Origin: the human T2T-CHM13v2.0 reference genome, Homo sapiens
Assembly: GCF_009914755.1 (NCBI RefSeq)
Contig: NC_060948.1
Strand: one strand, 5' to 3'
Length of the DNA stretch: 64,000 nucleotides
The position numbers were made by a program, and so were the translations under genes. The first letter of the stretch is position 1. The number at the start of each line of letters is the position of its first letter. Shown piece by piece: positions 28,320 through 42,617 of the stretch. The notes beneath the pieces were generated by a model. That model made no database searches, had not been told where the DNA came from, and saw only the letters and a list, made by a program, of their open reading frames with translations.

Positions 28320-31300
28320 GGCCTGGAATAAAGTGGAATGCTACGGTCTCGAATGGAATAAAAATGTATGGAATGGAATGCAATGAAACGGAATCGAATG
28401 TCATAGAATGTAATGGAATGCAAAAAAATGGAATCCAAAATCATTGACTGGAAAGGCTGGGTGTCGAAAGGAATTGACTCCAATGGAATGGAATCGAATG
28501 GAATGGAAGTGAATAGAATCGAACTAAATCGAATGGAATGGAATTGATAGGAACGGAATGGAAAGGAATGCAATGATTTGGCATGGAATGGAATCGAATG
28601 GCATCGAATGGAATGGAATGGAATGCAATGGAATGGAATGTATTAGAATGTAATGAACTTTAATGGAATGTACTCGAATGGATTCGACTGGAATGGAATA
28701 TTCTGGAAGTGAATGGACTCCAATGGAATGGATTCAAAAGGAATGGAATCGTACGGAATGGAATCTAATGGAATGGAATTAAATGGAAATGAAGCAAATT
28801 GAATAGCACGGAATTGAATTGAATGGAATGGCATGCAATGGAATCTAATGAAACGGAAAGGAAAGGAATGGAATGGAATGGAATGGGCTGGAATGGAAAG
28901 GAATCGAAACGAATGGAATGGAATCGAACTGAAGAGACTGGAATGGAATGCACTGGAATGGAAGGGAGTGTAATGGAAGGTTCTCGAAAAAAATGGAATC
29001 GAATGGAATGGAATTGAATGGAACGGAATAGAGTCGAATGGAATTGAATGGAATGGAATGGACTAGAGTGAAATGGAATCGAACCACAAGGAATGGACAG
29101 GAATAGAATGGTCTCGAATTGAATGGAATCGTATGGAATGGCATCAAACGGAATGGAATGGACAGCCACGGAATGGAATGCACTCGAATGCAATGGAGTC
29201 GAAACTAATGGACTGGAATAGAATGGACTCGACTGGTACGGACTCCAATGGAATGGAATCGAATGGAAGGGAATCGAACGGAATGGACTCGAAGGGAAAA
29301 GACTGCAATGGAAAGGTCTCGAATGGAATGGAAATTAATGGAATGGAATGGAATCGAATGAAATGGAGTCAAAAGGAATGGAATCGAATGGCAAGAAATC
29401 GAATGTAATGGAATCGCAAGGAATTGATGTGAACGGAACGGAATGGAATGGAATCCAAAGGAATGGAATAGAATGGAATGGAATCGAATGGAAAGGACTC
29501 GAATGGAAATCACTCGAATAGAATGCAATTTAATAAAATAGGATCAAATGTAATGGAATGGAATGGAAAGGAATCGAAACGAAAGGAATGGAGACAGATG
29601 GAATGGAATGGAACAGAGAGCAATGGTATAGAATGGAATGGAATCATCTGGAATGGAATTGAATGGAATGGAATAATATGAAATGGAATGGAATGGAATG
29701 CCCTTGAATTAAATGGACTGGAATGGAATGGACTCGAACAGAGTGGAATGGAAAGTGTTGAGATAGAATGGAATGGACTCCTTCGGAATGGTCTAGTATG
29801 CAATGCAATCGACTGGCAGGGAATCAAAAGGAATATAATGGAATGGATTGGACTGGAATGCAATGGACTCGAATAGATTGGAAACGGAATGCAAAGGAAT
29901 GGAATGGAATAGTATGGAATGGAATGGAAAGGAATGGAGTGGAATAGACTAGAGTGGAATGGAATGGACTGGAAAGCAATGGACTGGAATGGAACTTTCT
30001 TGAATGGACTGGAATCAAACGGAATGGAATGCAATGCAATCAAATGGCATGGAATAAAATAGAATGAAAGAGAATCAAATGGAATTGAATCGAATGGAAT
30101 CGAATGGATTGGAAAGGAATAGAATGGAATGGAATGGAATTGACTCAAATGGAATGGACTAGAATGGAATGGATTCGAATGGAAGGCAAAGGAATGGAAT
30201 CTATTGGAATGGACTGTAATGGAATGGAATGGAAGGGATTGGAATGGACTCGAATGGAATGGACTGCCATAGAAAGGATTCGAATGGAATGAAAAAGAAT
30301 TGAATGGAATACAACAGAATGGAATCAAATCGAATGAAATGGAATGGAATAGAAAGGAATGGAATGAAATGGAATGGAAAGGATTCGAATGGAATGCAAT
30401 CGAATGGAATGGAATCGAACGGAATGGAATAAAATGGAAGAAAACTGGCAAGAAATGGAATCGAAATGAATGGAGTGTTATGGAACGGACTCAAAAGGAA
30501 TTGAATGTAATAGAATGGAGTGGAGTGGACTCGAATATAATGGACTGGAATGGAATGAAATCACATGGAATGGGAACGAATGGAATGGAATGGAAAGGAA
30601 TGGAATCGAATGGAAAGGAATCGAATGGAAGGGAATGAAATTGAATCAACAGGAATGGAAGGGAATAGAATAGACGGTAATGGAATGGACTCGAATAGAA
30701 TGGACACGAATGCTCAAATTGAATGGACTCGAATGGAATGGAAACGAAAGGAATGTCATCGAATGGAATTGAATCGATTGGAATGAAATCGCATAGAATG
30801 GAGTGGAATCAAATGGAATTGAATCGAAAGGAAAGGAAGCGAATGGACTGAAATGAAATGGAATGGAATTGAATGGAAAGTAATGCAATGGAATAGAATG
30901 GAACGAAATTTCACGGAATGGAATCAAACTGAATGGAATCAAATCAATGGAATCAAATCAAATGGAATAGAAAGGAATTGAATGGAGTAGATTGGATTGG
31001 ATGGGATTGGAATGAAATGTACTGGAAAGGACTCGAATTTCATGAAACGGAATGGAATGAATTGGAACGGAATGGACTCGAATGGAATGGAATGTCATGG
31101 AATGGCATCAAATGGAATGGCATCAAATGGAATGGAATCGAATGCAATGGAATGCTATGGAATGGAATGGAATGCATTGGAATGGAATGTCCTCTAATGG
31201 AATGGATTCGAGTGGAATGGAATCGAATATAATGGAGTCGAATGAAATGGAATTGAAAGGAATGGGAACGAATAGAATGGAATATACTGGAATGTAATGT

Positions 31301-31887
31301 AATGAACTGGAATGTAATTGACTGGATTGGAATGTACATGAATGGAATGTAATCGAATGGAAAGTAATCCAATGGAATAGAATCTAATGCAATAAAATCG
31401 ACTCAGATAGAGTAGAATGTAATGGAATGGAGTGCAGTGCAATGGAATGGAATGGAATGGAATGCAATGGAATGGAATGGAATGGAATGGAATGGAATGG
31501 AATGGAATGGAATGGGATGGAATGGGATGGAATGGTATGGAATGGATAGTAATGGACTGGAGTGAAATGGACTGGAAAGGAATGGACTCAAATTGAAAGG
31601 GCTCGAAAGAATGGAGTCAAATGGAATGGTCTGGAATGGAATGAACACGAATGTAATGCAATCCAATAAAATGGAGTCGAATGGCATGGAATATAAAGAA
31701 ATGGAATCGAAGAGAATGGAAACAATTGGAATGGAATTGAATGGAATGGAATTGAATGGAATGGGAACGAATGGAGTGAAATTGTATGCAGTAGAAGAGA
31801 ATAGAATGGAATGGAAGCGAAAGGAAAGGAATGGATTGGAATGGAATGGAATTCATTGGAATGGAAGGGAATGTAGTGTAATGGACA
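28320..31887 (+). repeat. Monomer U8 (3568 bp; type A with recombinant type-B tail)
   Basis: GGCC at 28320 to GGCC at 31888. Type-A markers up to 31617, type-B markers from 31669. Confidence 0.9.
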
Positions 31888-34800
31888 GGCCTGGAATAAA
31901 GTGGAATGCTACGGTCTCGAATGGAATAAAAATGTATGGAATGGAATGCAATGAAACGGAATCGAATGTCATAGAATGTAATGGAATGCAAAAAAATGGA
32001 ATCCAAAATCATTGACTGGAAAGGCTGGGTGTCGAAAGGAATTGACTCCAATGGAATGGAATCGAATGGAATGGAAGTGAATAGAATCGAACTAAATCGA
32101 ATGGAATGGAATTGATAGGAACGGAATGGAAAGGAATGCAATGATTTGGCATGGAATGGAATCGAATGGCATCGAATGGAATGGAATGGAATGCAATGGA
32201 ATGGAATGTATTAGAATGTAATGAACTTTAATGGAATGTACTCGAATGGATTCGACTGGAATGGAATATTCTGGAAGTGAATGGACTCCAATGGAATGGA
32301 TTCAAAAGGAATTGAATCGTACGGAATGGAATCTAATGGAATGGAATTAAATGGAAATGAAGCAAATTGAATAGCACGGAATTGAATTGAATGGAATGGC
32401 ATGCAATGGAATCTAATGAAACGGAAAGGAAAGGAATGGAATGGAATGGAATGGGCTGGAATGGAAAGGAATCGAAACGAATGGAATGGAATCGAACTGA
32501 AGAGACTGGAATGGAATGCACTGGAATGGAAGGGAGTGTAATGGAAGGTTCTCGAAAAAAATGGAATCGAATGGAATGGAATTGAATGGAACGGAATAGA
32601 GTCGAATGGAATTGAATGGAATGGAATGGACTAGAGTGAAATGGAATCGAACCACAAGGAATGGACAGGAATAGAATGGTCTCGAATTGAATGGAATCGT
32701 ATGGAATGGCATCAAACGGAATGGAATGGACAGCCACGGAATGGAATGCACTCGAATGCAATGGAGTCGAAACTAATGGACTGGAATAGAATGGACTCGA
32801 CTGGTACGGACTCCAATGGAATGGAATCGAATGGAAGGGAATCGAACGGAATGGACTCGAAGGGAAAAGACTGCAATGGAAAGGTCTCGAATGGAATGGA
32901 AATTAATGGAATGGAATGGAATCGAATGAAATGGAGTCAAAAGGAATGGAATCGAATGGCAAGAAATCGAATGTAATGGAATCGCAAGGAATTGATGTGA
33001 ACGGAACGGAATGGAATGGAATCCAAAGGAATGGAATAGAATGGAATGGAATCGAATGGAAAGGACTCGAATGGAAATCACTCGAATAGAATGCAATTTA
33101 ATAAAATAGGATCAAATGGAATGGAATGGAATGGAAAGGAATCGAAACGAAAGGAATGGAGACAGATGGAATGGAATGGAACAGAGAGCAATGGTATAGA
33201 ATGGAATGGAATCATCTGGAATGGAATTGAATGGAATGGAATAATATGAAATGGAATGGAATGGAATGCCCTTGAATTAAATGGACTGGAATGGAATGGA
33301 CTCGAACAGAGTGGAATGGAAAGTGTTGAGATAGAATGGAATGGACTCCTTCGGAATGGTCTAGTATGCAATGCAATCGACTGGCAGGGAATCAAAAGGA
33401 ATATAATGGAATGGATTGGACTGGAATGCAATGGACTCGAATAGATTGGAAACGGAATGCAAAGGAATGGAATGGAATAGTATGGAATGGAATGGAAAGG
33501 AATGGAGTGGAATAGACTAGAGTGGAATGGAATGGACTGGAAAGCAATGGACTGGAATGGAACTTTCTTGAATGGACTGGAATCAAACGGAATGGAATGC
33601 AATGCAATCAAATGGCATGGAATAAAATAGAATGAAAGAGAATCAAATGGAATTGAATCGAATGGAATCGAATGGATTGGAAAGGAATAGAATGGAATGG
33701 AATGGAATTGACTCAAATGGAATGGACTAGAATGGAATGGATTCGAATGGAAGGCAAAGGAATGGAATCTATTGGAATGGACTGTAATGGAATGGAATGG
33801 AAGGGATTGGAATGGACTCGAATGGAATGGACTGCCATAGAAAGGATTCGAATGGAATGAAAAAGAATTGAATGGAATAGAACAGAATGGAATCAAATCG
33901 AATGAAATGGAATGGAATAGAAAGGAATGGAATGAAATGGAATGGAAAGGATTCGAATGGAATGCAATCGAATGGAATGGAATCGAACGGAATGGAATAA
34001 AATGGAAGAAAACTGGCAAGAAATGGAATCGAAATGAATGGAGTGTTATGGAACGGACTCAAAAGGAATTGAATGTAATAGAATGGAGTGGAGTGGACTC
34101 GAATATAATGGACTGGAATGGAATGAAATCACATGGAATGGGAACGAATGGAATGGAATGGAAAGGAATGGAATCGAATGGAAAGGAATCGAATGGAAGG
34201 GAATGAAATTGAATCAACAGGAATGGAAGGGAATAGAATAGACGGTAATGGAATGGACTCGAATAGAATGGACACGAATGCTCAAATTGAATGGACTCGA
34301 ATGGAATGGAAACGAAAGGAATGTCATCGAATGGAATTGAATCGATTGGAATGAAATCGCATAGAATGGAGTGGAATCAAATGGAATTGAATCGAAAGGA
34401 AAGGAAGCGAATGGACTGAAATGAAATGGAATGGAATTGAATGGAAAGTAATGCAATGGAATAGAATGGAACGAAATTTCACGGAATGGAATCAAACTGA
34501 ATGGAATCAAATCAATGGAATCAAATCAAATGGAATAGAAAGGAATTGAATGGAGTAGATTGGATTGGATGGGATTGGAATGAAATGTACTGGAAAGGAC
34601 TCGAATTTCATGAAACGGAATGGAATGAATTGGAACGGAATGGACTCGAATGGAATGGAATGTCATGGAATGGCATCAAATGGAATGGCATCAAATGGAA
34701 TGGAATCGAATGCAATGGAATGCTATGGAATGGAATGGAATGCATTGGAATGGAATGTCCTCTAATGGAATGGATTCGAGTGGAATGGAATCGAATATAA

Positions 34801-35455
34801 TGGAGTCGAATGAAATGGAATTGAAAGGAATGGGAACGAATAGAATGGAATATACTGGAATGTAATGTAATGAACTGGAATGTAATTGACTGGAATGGAA
34901 TGTACATGAATGGAATGTAATCGAATGGAAAGTAATCCAATGGAATAGAATCTAATGCAATAAAATCGACTCAGATAGAGTAGAATGTAATGGAATGGAG
35001 TGCAGTGCAATGGAATGGAATGGAATGGAATGCAATGGAATGGAATGGAATGGAATGGAATGGAATGGAATGGAATGGAATGGGATGGAATGGGATGGAA
35101 TGGTATGGAATGGATAGTAATGGACTGGAGTGAAATGGACTGGAAAGGAATGGACTCAAATTGAAAGGGCTCGAAAGAATGGAGTCAAATGGAATGGTCT
35201 GGAATGGAATGAACACGAATGTAATGCAATCCAATAGAATGGAATCGAATGGCATGGAATATAAAGAAATGGAATTGAAGAGAATGGAAACAAATGGAAT
35301 GGAATTGAATGGAATGGAATTGAATGGAATGGGAACGAATGGAGTGAAATTGTATGCAGTAGAAGAGAATAGAATGGAATGCAAGCGAAAGGAAAGGAAT
35401 GGATTGGAATGGAATGGAATTCATTGGAATGGAAGGGAATGTAGTGTAATGGACA
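31888..35455 (+). repeat. Monomer U9 (3568 bp, type A)
   Basis: GGCC at 31888 to GGCC at 35456. Confidence 0.92.
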
Positions 35456-38400
35456 GGCCTGGAATAAAGTGGAATGCTACGGTCTCGAATGGAATAAAAA
35501 TGTATGGAATGGAATGCAATGAAACGGAATCGAATGTCATAGAATGTAATGGAATGCAAAAAAATGGAATCCAAAATCATTGACTGGAAAGGCTGGGTGT
35601 CGAAAGGAATTGACTCCAATGGAATGGAATCGAATGGAATGGAAGTGAATAGAATCAAACTAAATCGAATGGAATGGAATTGATAGGAACGGAATGGAAA
35701 GGAATGCAATGATTTGGCATGGAATGGAATCGAATGGCATCGAATGGAATGGAATGGAATGCAATGGAATGGAATGTATTAGAATGTAATGAACTTTAAT
35801 GGAATGTACTCGAATGGATTCGACTGGAATGGAATGTTCTGGAAGTGAATGGACTCCAATGGAATGGATTCAAAAGGAATGGAATCGTACGGAATGGAAT
35901 CTAATGGAATGGAATTAAATGGAAATGAATCAAATTGAATAGCACGGAATTGACTTGAATGGAATGGAATGCAATGGAATCTAATGAAACGGAAAGGAAA
36001 GGAATGGAATGGAATGGAATGGGCTGGAATGGAAAGGAATCGAAACGAATGGAATGGAATCGAACTGAAGAGACTGGAATGGAATGCACTGGAATGGAAG
36101 GGAGTGTAATGGAAGGTTCTCGAAAAAAATGGAATCGAATGGAATGGAATTGAATGGAACGGAATAGAGTCGAATGGAATTGAATGGAATGGAATGGACT
36201 AGAGTGAAATGGAATCGAACCACAAGGAATGGACAGGAATAGAATGGTCTCGAATTGAATGGAATCGTATGGAATGGCATCAAACGGAATGGAATGGACA
36301 GCCACGGAATGGAATGCACTCGAATGCAATGGAGTCGAAACTAATGGACTGGAATAGAATGGACTCGACTGGTACGGACTCCAATGGAATGGAATCGAAT
36401 GGAAGGGAATCGAACGGAATGGACTCGAAGGGAAAAGACTGCAATGGAAAGGTCTCGAATGGAATGGAAATTAATGGAATGGAATGGAATCGAATGAAAT
36501 GGAGTCAAAAGGAATGGAATCGAATGGCAAGAAATCGAATGTAATGGAATCGCAAGGAATTGATGTGAACGGAACGGAATGGAATGGAATCCAAAGGAAT
36601 GGAATAGAATGGAATGGAATCGAATGGAAAGGACTCGAATGGAAATCACTCGAATAGAATGCAATTTAATAAAATAGGATCAAATGTAATGGAATGGAAT
36701 GGAAAGGAATCGAAACGAAAGGAATGGAGACAGATGGAATGGAATGGAACAGAGAGCAATGGTATAGAATGGAATGGAATCATCTGGAATGGAATTGAAT
36801 GGAATGGAATAATATGAAATGGAATGGAATGGAATGGAATGGAATGCCCTTGAATTAAATGGACTGGAATGGAATGGACTCGAACAGAGTGGAATGGAAA
36901 GTGTTGAGATAGAATGGAATGGACTCCTTTGGAATGGTGTAGTATGCAATGCAATCGACTGGCAGGGAATCAAAAGGAATGTAATCGAATGGATTGGACT
37001 GGAATGCAATGGACTCGAATAGATTGGAAACGGAATGCAAAGGAATGGAATGGAATAGTATGGAATGGAATGGAAAGGAATGGAGTGGAATAGACTAGAG
37101 TGGAATGGAATGGACTGGAAAGCAATGGACTGGAATGGAACTTTCTTGAATGGACTGGAATCAAACGGAATGGAATGCAATGCAATCAAATGGCATGGAA
37201 TAAAATAGAATGAAAGAGAATCAAATGGAATTGAATCGAATGGAATCGAATGGATTGGAAAGGAATAGAATGGAATGGAATGGAATTGACTCAAATGGAA
37301 TGGACTAGAATGGAATGGATTCGAATGGAAGGCAAAGGAATGGAATCTATTGGAATGGACTGTAATGGAATGGAATGGAAGGGATTGGAATGGACTCGAA
37401 TGGATTGGACTGCAATAGAAAGGATTCGAATGGAATGAAAAAGAATTGAATGGAATAGAACAGAATGGAATCAAATCGAATGAAATGGAATGGAATAGAA
37501 AGGAATGGAATGAAATGGAATGGAAAGGATTCGAATGGAATGCAATCGAATGGAATGGAATCGAACGGAATGGAATAAAATGGAAGAAAACTGGCAAGAA
37601 ATGGAATCGAAATGAATGGAGTGTTATGGAACGGACTCAAAAGGAATTGAATGTAATAGAATGGAGTGGAGTGGACTCGAATATAATGGACTGGAATGGA
37701 ATGAAATCACATGGAATGGGAACGAATGGAATGGAATGGAAAGGAATGGAATCGAATGGAAAGGAATCGAATGGAAGGGAATGAAATTGAATCAACAGGA
37801 ATGGAAGGGAATAGAATAGACGGTAATGGAATGGACTCGAATAGAATGGACACGAATGCTCAAATTGAATGGACTCGAATGGAATGGAAACGAAAGGAAT
37901 GTCATCGAATGGAATTGAATCGATTGGAATGAAATCGCATAGAATGGAGTGGAATCAAATGGAATTGAATCGAAAGGAAAGGAAGCGAATGGACTGAAAT
38001 GAAATGGAATGGAATTGAATGGAAAGTAATGCAATGGAATAGAATGGAACGAAATTTCACGGAATGGAATCAAACTGAATGGAATCAAATCAATGGAATC
38101 AAATCAAATGGAATGGAAAGGAATTGAATGGAGTAGATTGGATTGGATGGGATTGGAATGAAATGTACTGGAAAGGACTCGAATTTCATGAAACGGAATG
38201 GAATGAATTGGAACGGAATGGACTCGAATGGAATGGAATGTCATGGAATGGCATCAAATGGAATGGCATCAAATGGAATGGAATCGAATGCAATGGAATG
38301 CTATGGAATGGAATGGAATGCATTGGAATGGAATGTCCTCTAATGGAATGGATTCGAGTGGAATGGAATCGAATATAATGGAGTCGAATGAAATGGAATT

Positions 38401-39049
38401 GAAAGGAATGGGATCGAATAGAATGGAATATACTGGAATGTAATGTAATGAACTCGAATGTAATTGACTGGAATGGAATGTACATGAATGGAATGTAATC
38501 GAATGGAAAGTAATCCAATGGAATAGAATCTAATGCAATAAAATCGACTCAGATAGAGTAGAATGTAATGGAATGGAGTGCAGTGCAATGGAATGGAATG
38601 GAATGGAATGCAATGGAATGGAATGGAATGGAATGGAATGGAATGGAATTCTATGGAATGGAATGGAATGGAATGGAATGGGATGGGATGGAATTGTATG
38701 GAATGGATAGTAATGGACTGGAGTGAAATGGACTGGAAAGGAATGGACTCAAATTGAAAGGGCTCGAAAGGAATGGAGACAAATGGAATGGTCTGGAATG
38801 GAATGAACACGAATGTAATGCAATCCAATAAAATGGAGTCGAATGGCATGGAATATAAAGAAATGGAATCGAAGAGAATGGAAACAATTGGAATGGAATT
38901 GAATGGAATGGAATTGAATGGAATGGGAACGAATGGAGTGAAATTGTATGCAGTAGAAGAGAATAGAATGGAATGGAAGCGAAAGGAAAGGAATGGATTG
39001 GAATGGAATGGAATTCATTGGAATGGAAGGGAATGTAGTGTAATGGACA
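35456..39049 (+). repeat. Monomer U10 (3594 bp, type B)
   Basis: GGCC at 35456 to GGCC at 39050. Confidence 0.92.
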
Positions 39050-42000
39050 GGCCTGGAATAAAGTGGAATGCTACGGTCTCGAATGGAATAAAAATGTATG
39101 GAATGGAATGCAATGAAACGGAATCGAATGTCATAGAATGTAATGGAATGCAAAAAAATGGAATCCAAAATCATTGACTGGAAAGGCTGGGTGTCGAAAG
39201 GAATTGACTCCAATGGAATGGAATCGAATGGAATGGAAGTGAATAGAATCGAACTAAATCGAATGGAATGGAATTGATAGGAACGGAATGGAAAGGAATG
39301 CAATGATTTGGCATGGAATGGAATCGAATGGCATCGAATGGAATGGAATGGAATGCAATGGAATGGAATGTATTAGAATGTAATGAACTTTAATGGAATG
39401 TACTCGAATGGATTCGACTGGAATGGAATATTCTGGAAGTGAATGGACTCCAATGGAATGGATTCAAAAGGAATTGAATCGTACGGAATGGAATCTAATG
39501 GAATGGAATTAAATGGAAATGAAGCAAATTGAATAGCACGGAATTGAATTGAATGGAATGGCATGCAATGGAATCTAATGAAACGGAAAGGAAAGGAATG
39601 GAATGGAATGGAATGGGCTGGAATGGAAAGGAATCGAAACGAATGGAATGGAATCGAACTGAAGAGACTGGAATGGAATGCACTGGAATGGAAGGGAGTG
39701 TAATGGAAGGTTCTCGAAAAAAATGGAATCGAATGGAATGGAATTGAATGGAACGGAATAGAGTCGAATGGAATTGAATGGAATGGAATGGACTAGAGTG
39801 AAATGGAATCGAACCACAAGGAATGGACAGGAATAGAATGGTCTCGAATTGAATGGAATCGTATGGAATGGCATCAAACGGAATGGAATGGACAGCCACG
39901 GAATGGAATGCACTCGAATGCAATGGAGTCGAAACTAATGGACTGGAATAGAATGGACTCGACTGGTACGGACTCCAATGGAATGGAATCGAATGGAAGG
40001 GAATCGAACGGAATGGACTCGAAGGGAAAAGACTGCAATGGAAAGGTCTCGAATGGAATGGAAATTAATGGAATGGAATGGAATCGAATGAAATGGAGTC
40101 AAAAGGAATGGAATCGAATGGCAAGAAATCGAATGTAATGGAATCGCAAGGAATTGATGTGAACGGAACGGAATGGAATGGAATCCAAAGGAATGGAATA
40201 GAATGGAATGGAATCGAATGGAAAGGACTCGAATGGAAATCACTCGAATAGAATGCAATTTAATAAAATAGGATCAAATGGAATGGAATGGAATGGAAAG
40301 GAATCGAAACGAAAGGAATGGAGACAGATGGAATGGAATGGAACAGAGAGCAATGGTATAGAATGGAATGGAATCATCTGGAATGGAATTGAATGGAATG
40401 GAATAATATGAAATGGAATGGAATGGAATGCCCTTGAATTAAATGGACTGGAATGGAATGGACTCGAACAGAGTGGAATGGAAAGTGTTGAGATAGAATG
40501 GAATGGACTCCTTCGGAATGGTCTAGTATGCAATGCAATCGACTGGCAGGGAATCAAAAGGAATATAATGGAATGGATTGGACTGGAATGCAATGGACTC
40601 GAATAGATTGGAAACGGAATGCAAAGGAATGGAATGGAATAGTATGGAATGGAATGGAAAGGAATGGAGTGGAATAGACTAGAGTGGAATGGAATGGACT
40701 GGAAAGCAATGGACTGGAATGGAACTTTCTTGAATGGACTGGAATCAAACGGAATGGAATGCAATGCAATCAAATGGCATGGAATAAAATAGAATGAAAG
40801 AGAATCAAATGGAATTGAATCGAATGGAATCGAATGGATTGGAAAGGAATAGAATGGAATGGAATGGAATTGACTCAAATGGAATGGACTAGAATGGAAT
40901 GGATTCGAATGGAAGGCAAAGGAATGGAATCTATTGGAATGGACTGTAATGGAATGGAATGGAAGGGATTGGAATGGACTCGAATGGAATGGACTGCCAT
41001 AGAAAGGATTCGAATGGAATGAAAAAGAATTGAATGGAATAGAACAGAATGGAATCAAATCGAATGAAATGGAATGGAATAGAAAGGAATGGAATGAAAT
41101 GGAATGGAAAGGATTCGAATGGAATGCAATCGAATGGAATGGAATCGAACGGAATGGAATAAAATGGAAGAAAACTGGCAAGAAATGGAATCGAAATGAA
41201 TGGAGTGTTATGGAACGGACTCAAAAGGAATTGAATGTAATAGAATGGAGTGGAGTGGACTCGAATATAATGGACTGGAATGGAATGAAATCACATGGAA
41301 TGGGAACGAATGGAATGGAATGGAAAGGAATGGAATCGAATGGAAAGGAATCGAATGGAAGGGAATGAAATTGAATCAACAGGAATGGAAGGGAATAGAA
41401 TAGACGGTAATGGAATGGACTCGAATAGAATGGACACGAATGCTCAAATTGAATGGACTCGAATGGAATGGAAACGAAAGGAATGTCATCGAATGGAATT
41501 GAATCGATTGGAATGAAATCGCATAGAATGGAGTGGAATCAAATGGAATTGAATCGAAAGGAAAGGAAGCGAATGGACTGAAATGAAATGGAATGGAATT
41601 GAATGGAAAGTAATGCAATGGAATAGAATGGAACGAAATTTCACGGAATGGAATCAAACTGAATGGAATCAAATCAATGGAATCAAATCAAATGGAATGG
41701 AAAGGAATTGAATGGAGTAGATTGGATTGGATGGGATTGGAATGAAATGTACTGGAAAGGACTCGAATTTCATGAAACGGAATGGAATGAATTGGAACGG
41801 AATGGACTCGAATGGAATGGAATGTCATGGAATGGCATCAAATGGAATGGCATCAAATGGAATGGAATCGAATGCAATGGAATGCTATGGAATGGAATGG
41901 AATGCATTGGAATGGAATGTCCTCTAATGGAATGGATTCGAGTGGAATGGAATCGAATATAATGGAGTCGAATGAAATGGAATTGAAAGGAATGGGAACG

Positions 42001-42617
42001 AATAGAATGGAATATACTGGAATGTAATGTAATGAACTGGAATGTAATTGACTGGAATGGAATGTACATGAATGGAATGTAATCGAATGGAAAGTAATCC
42101 AATGGAATAGAATCTAATGCAATAAAATCGACTCAGATAGAGTAGAATGTAATGGAATGGAGTGCAGTGCAATGGAATGGAATGGAATGGAATGCAATGG
42201 AATGGAATGGAATGGAACGGAATGGAATGGAATGGAATGGAATGGGATGGAATGGGATGGAATGGTATGGAATGGATAGTAATGGACTGGAGTGAAATGG
42301 ACTGGAAAGGAATGGACTCAAATTGAAAGGGCTCGAAAGAATGGAGTCAAATGGAATGGTCTGGAATGGAATGAACACGAATGTAATGCAATCCAATAGA
42401 ATGGAATCGAATGGCATGGAATATAAAGAAATGGAATTGAAGAGAATGGAAACAAATGGAATGGAATTGAATGGAATGGAATTGAATGGAATGGGAACGA
42501 ATGGAGTGAAATTGTATGCAGTAGAAGAGAATAGAATGGAATGCAAGCGAAAGGAAAGGAATGGATTGGAATGGAATGGAATTCATTGGAATGGAAGGGA
42601 ATGTAGTGTAATGGACA
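39050..42617 (+). repeat. Monomer U11 (3568 bp, type A)
   Basis: GGCC at 39050 to GGCC at 42618. Confidence 0.92.
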
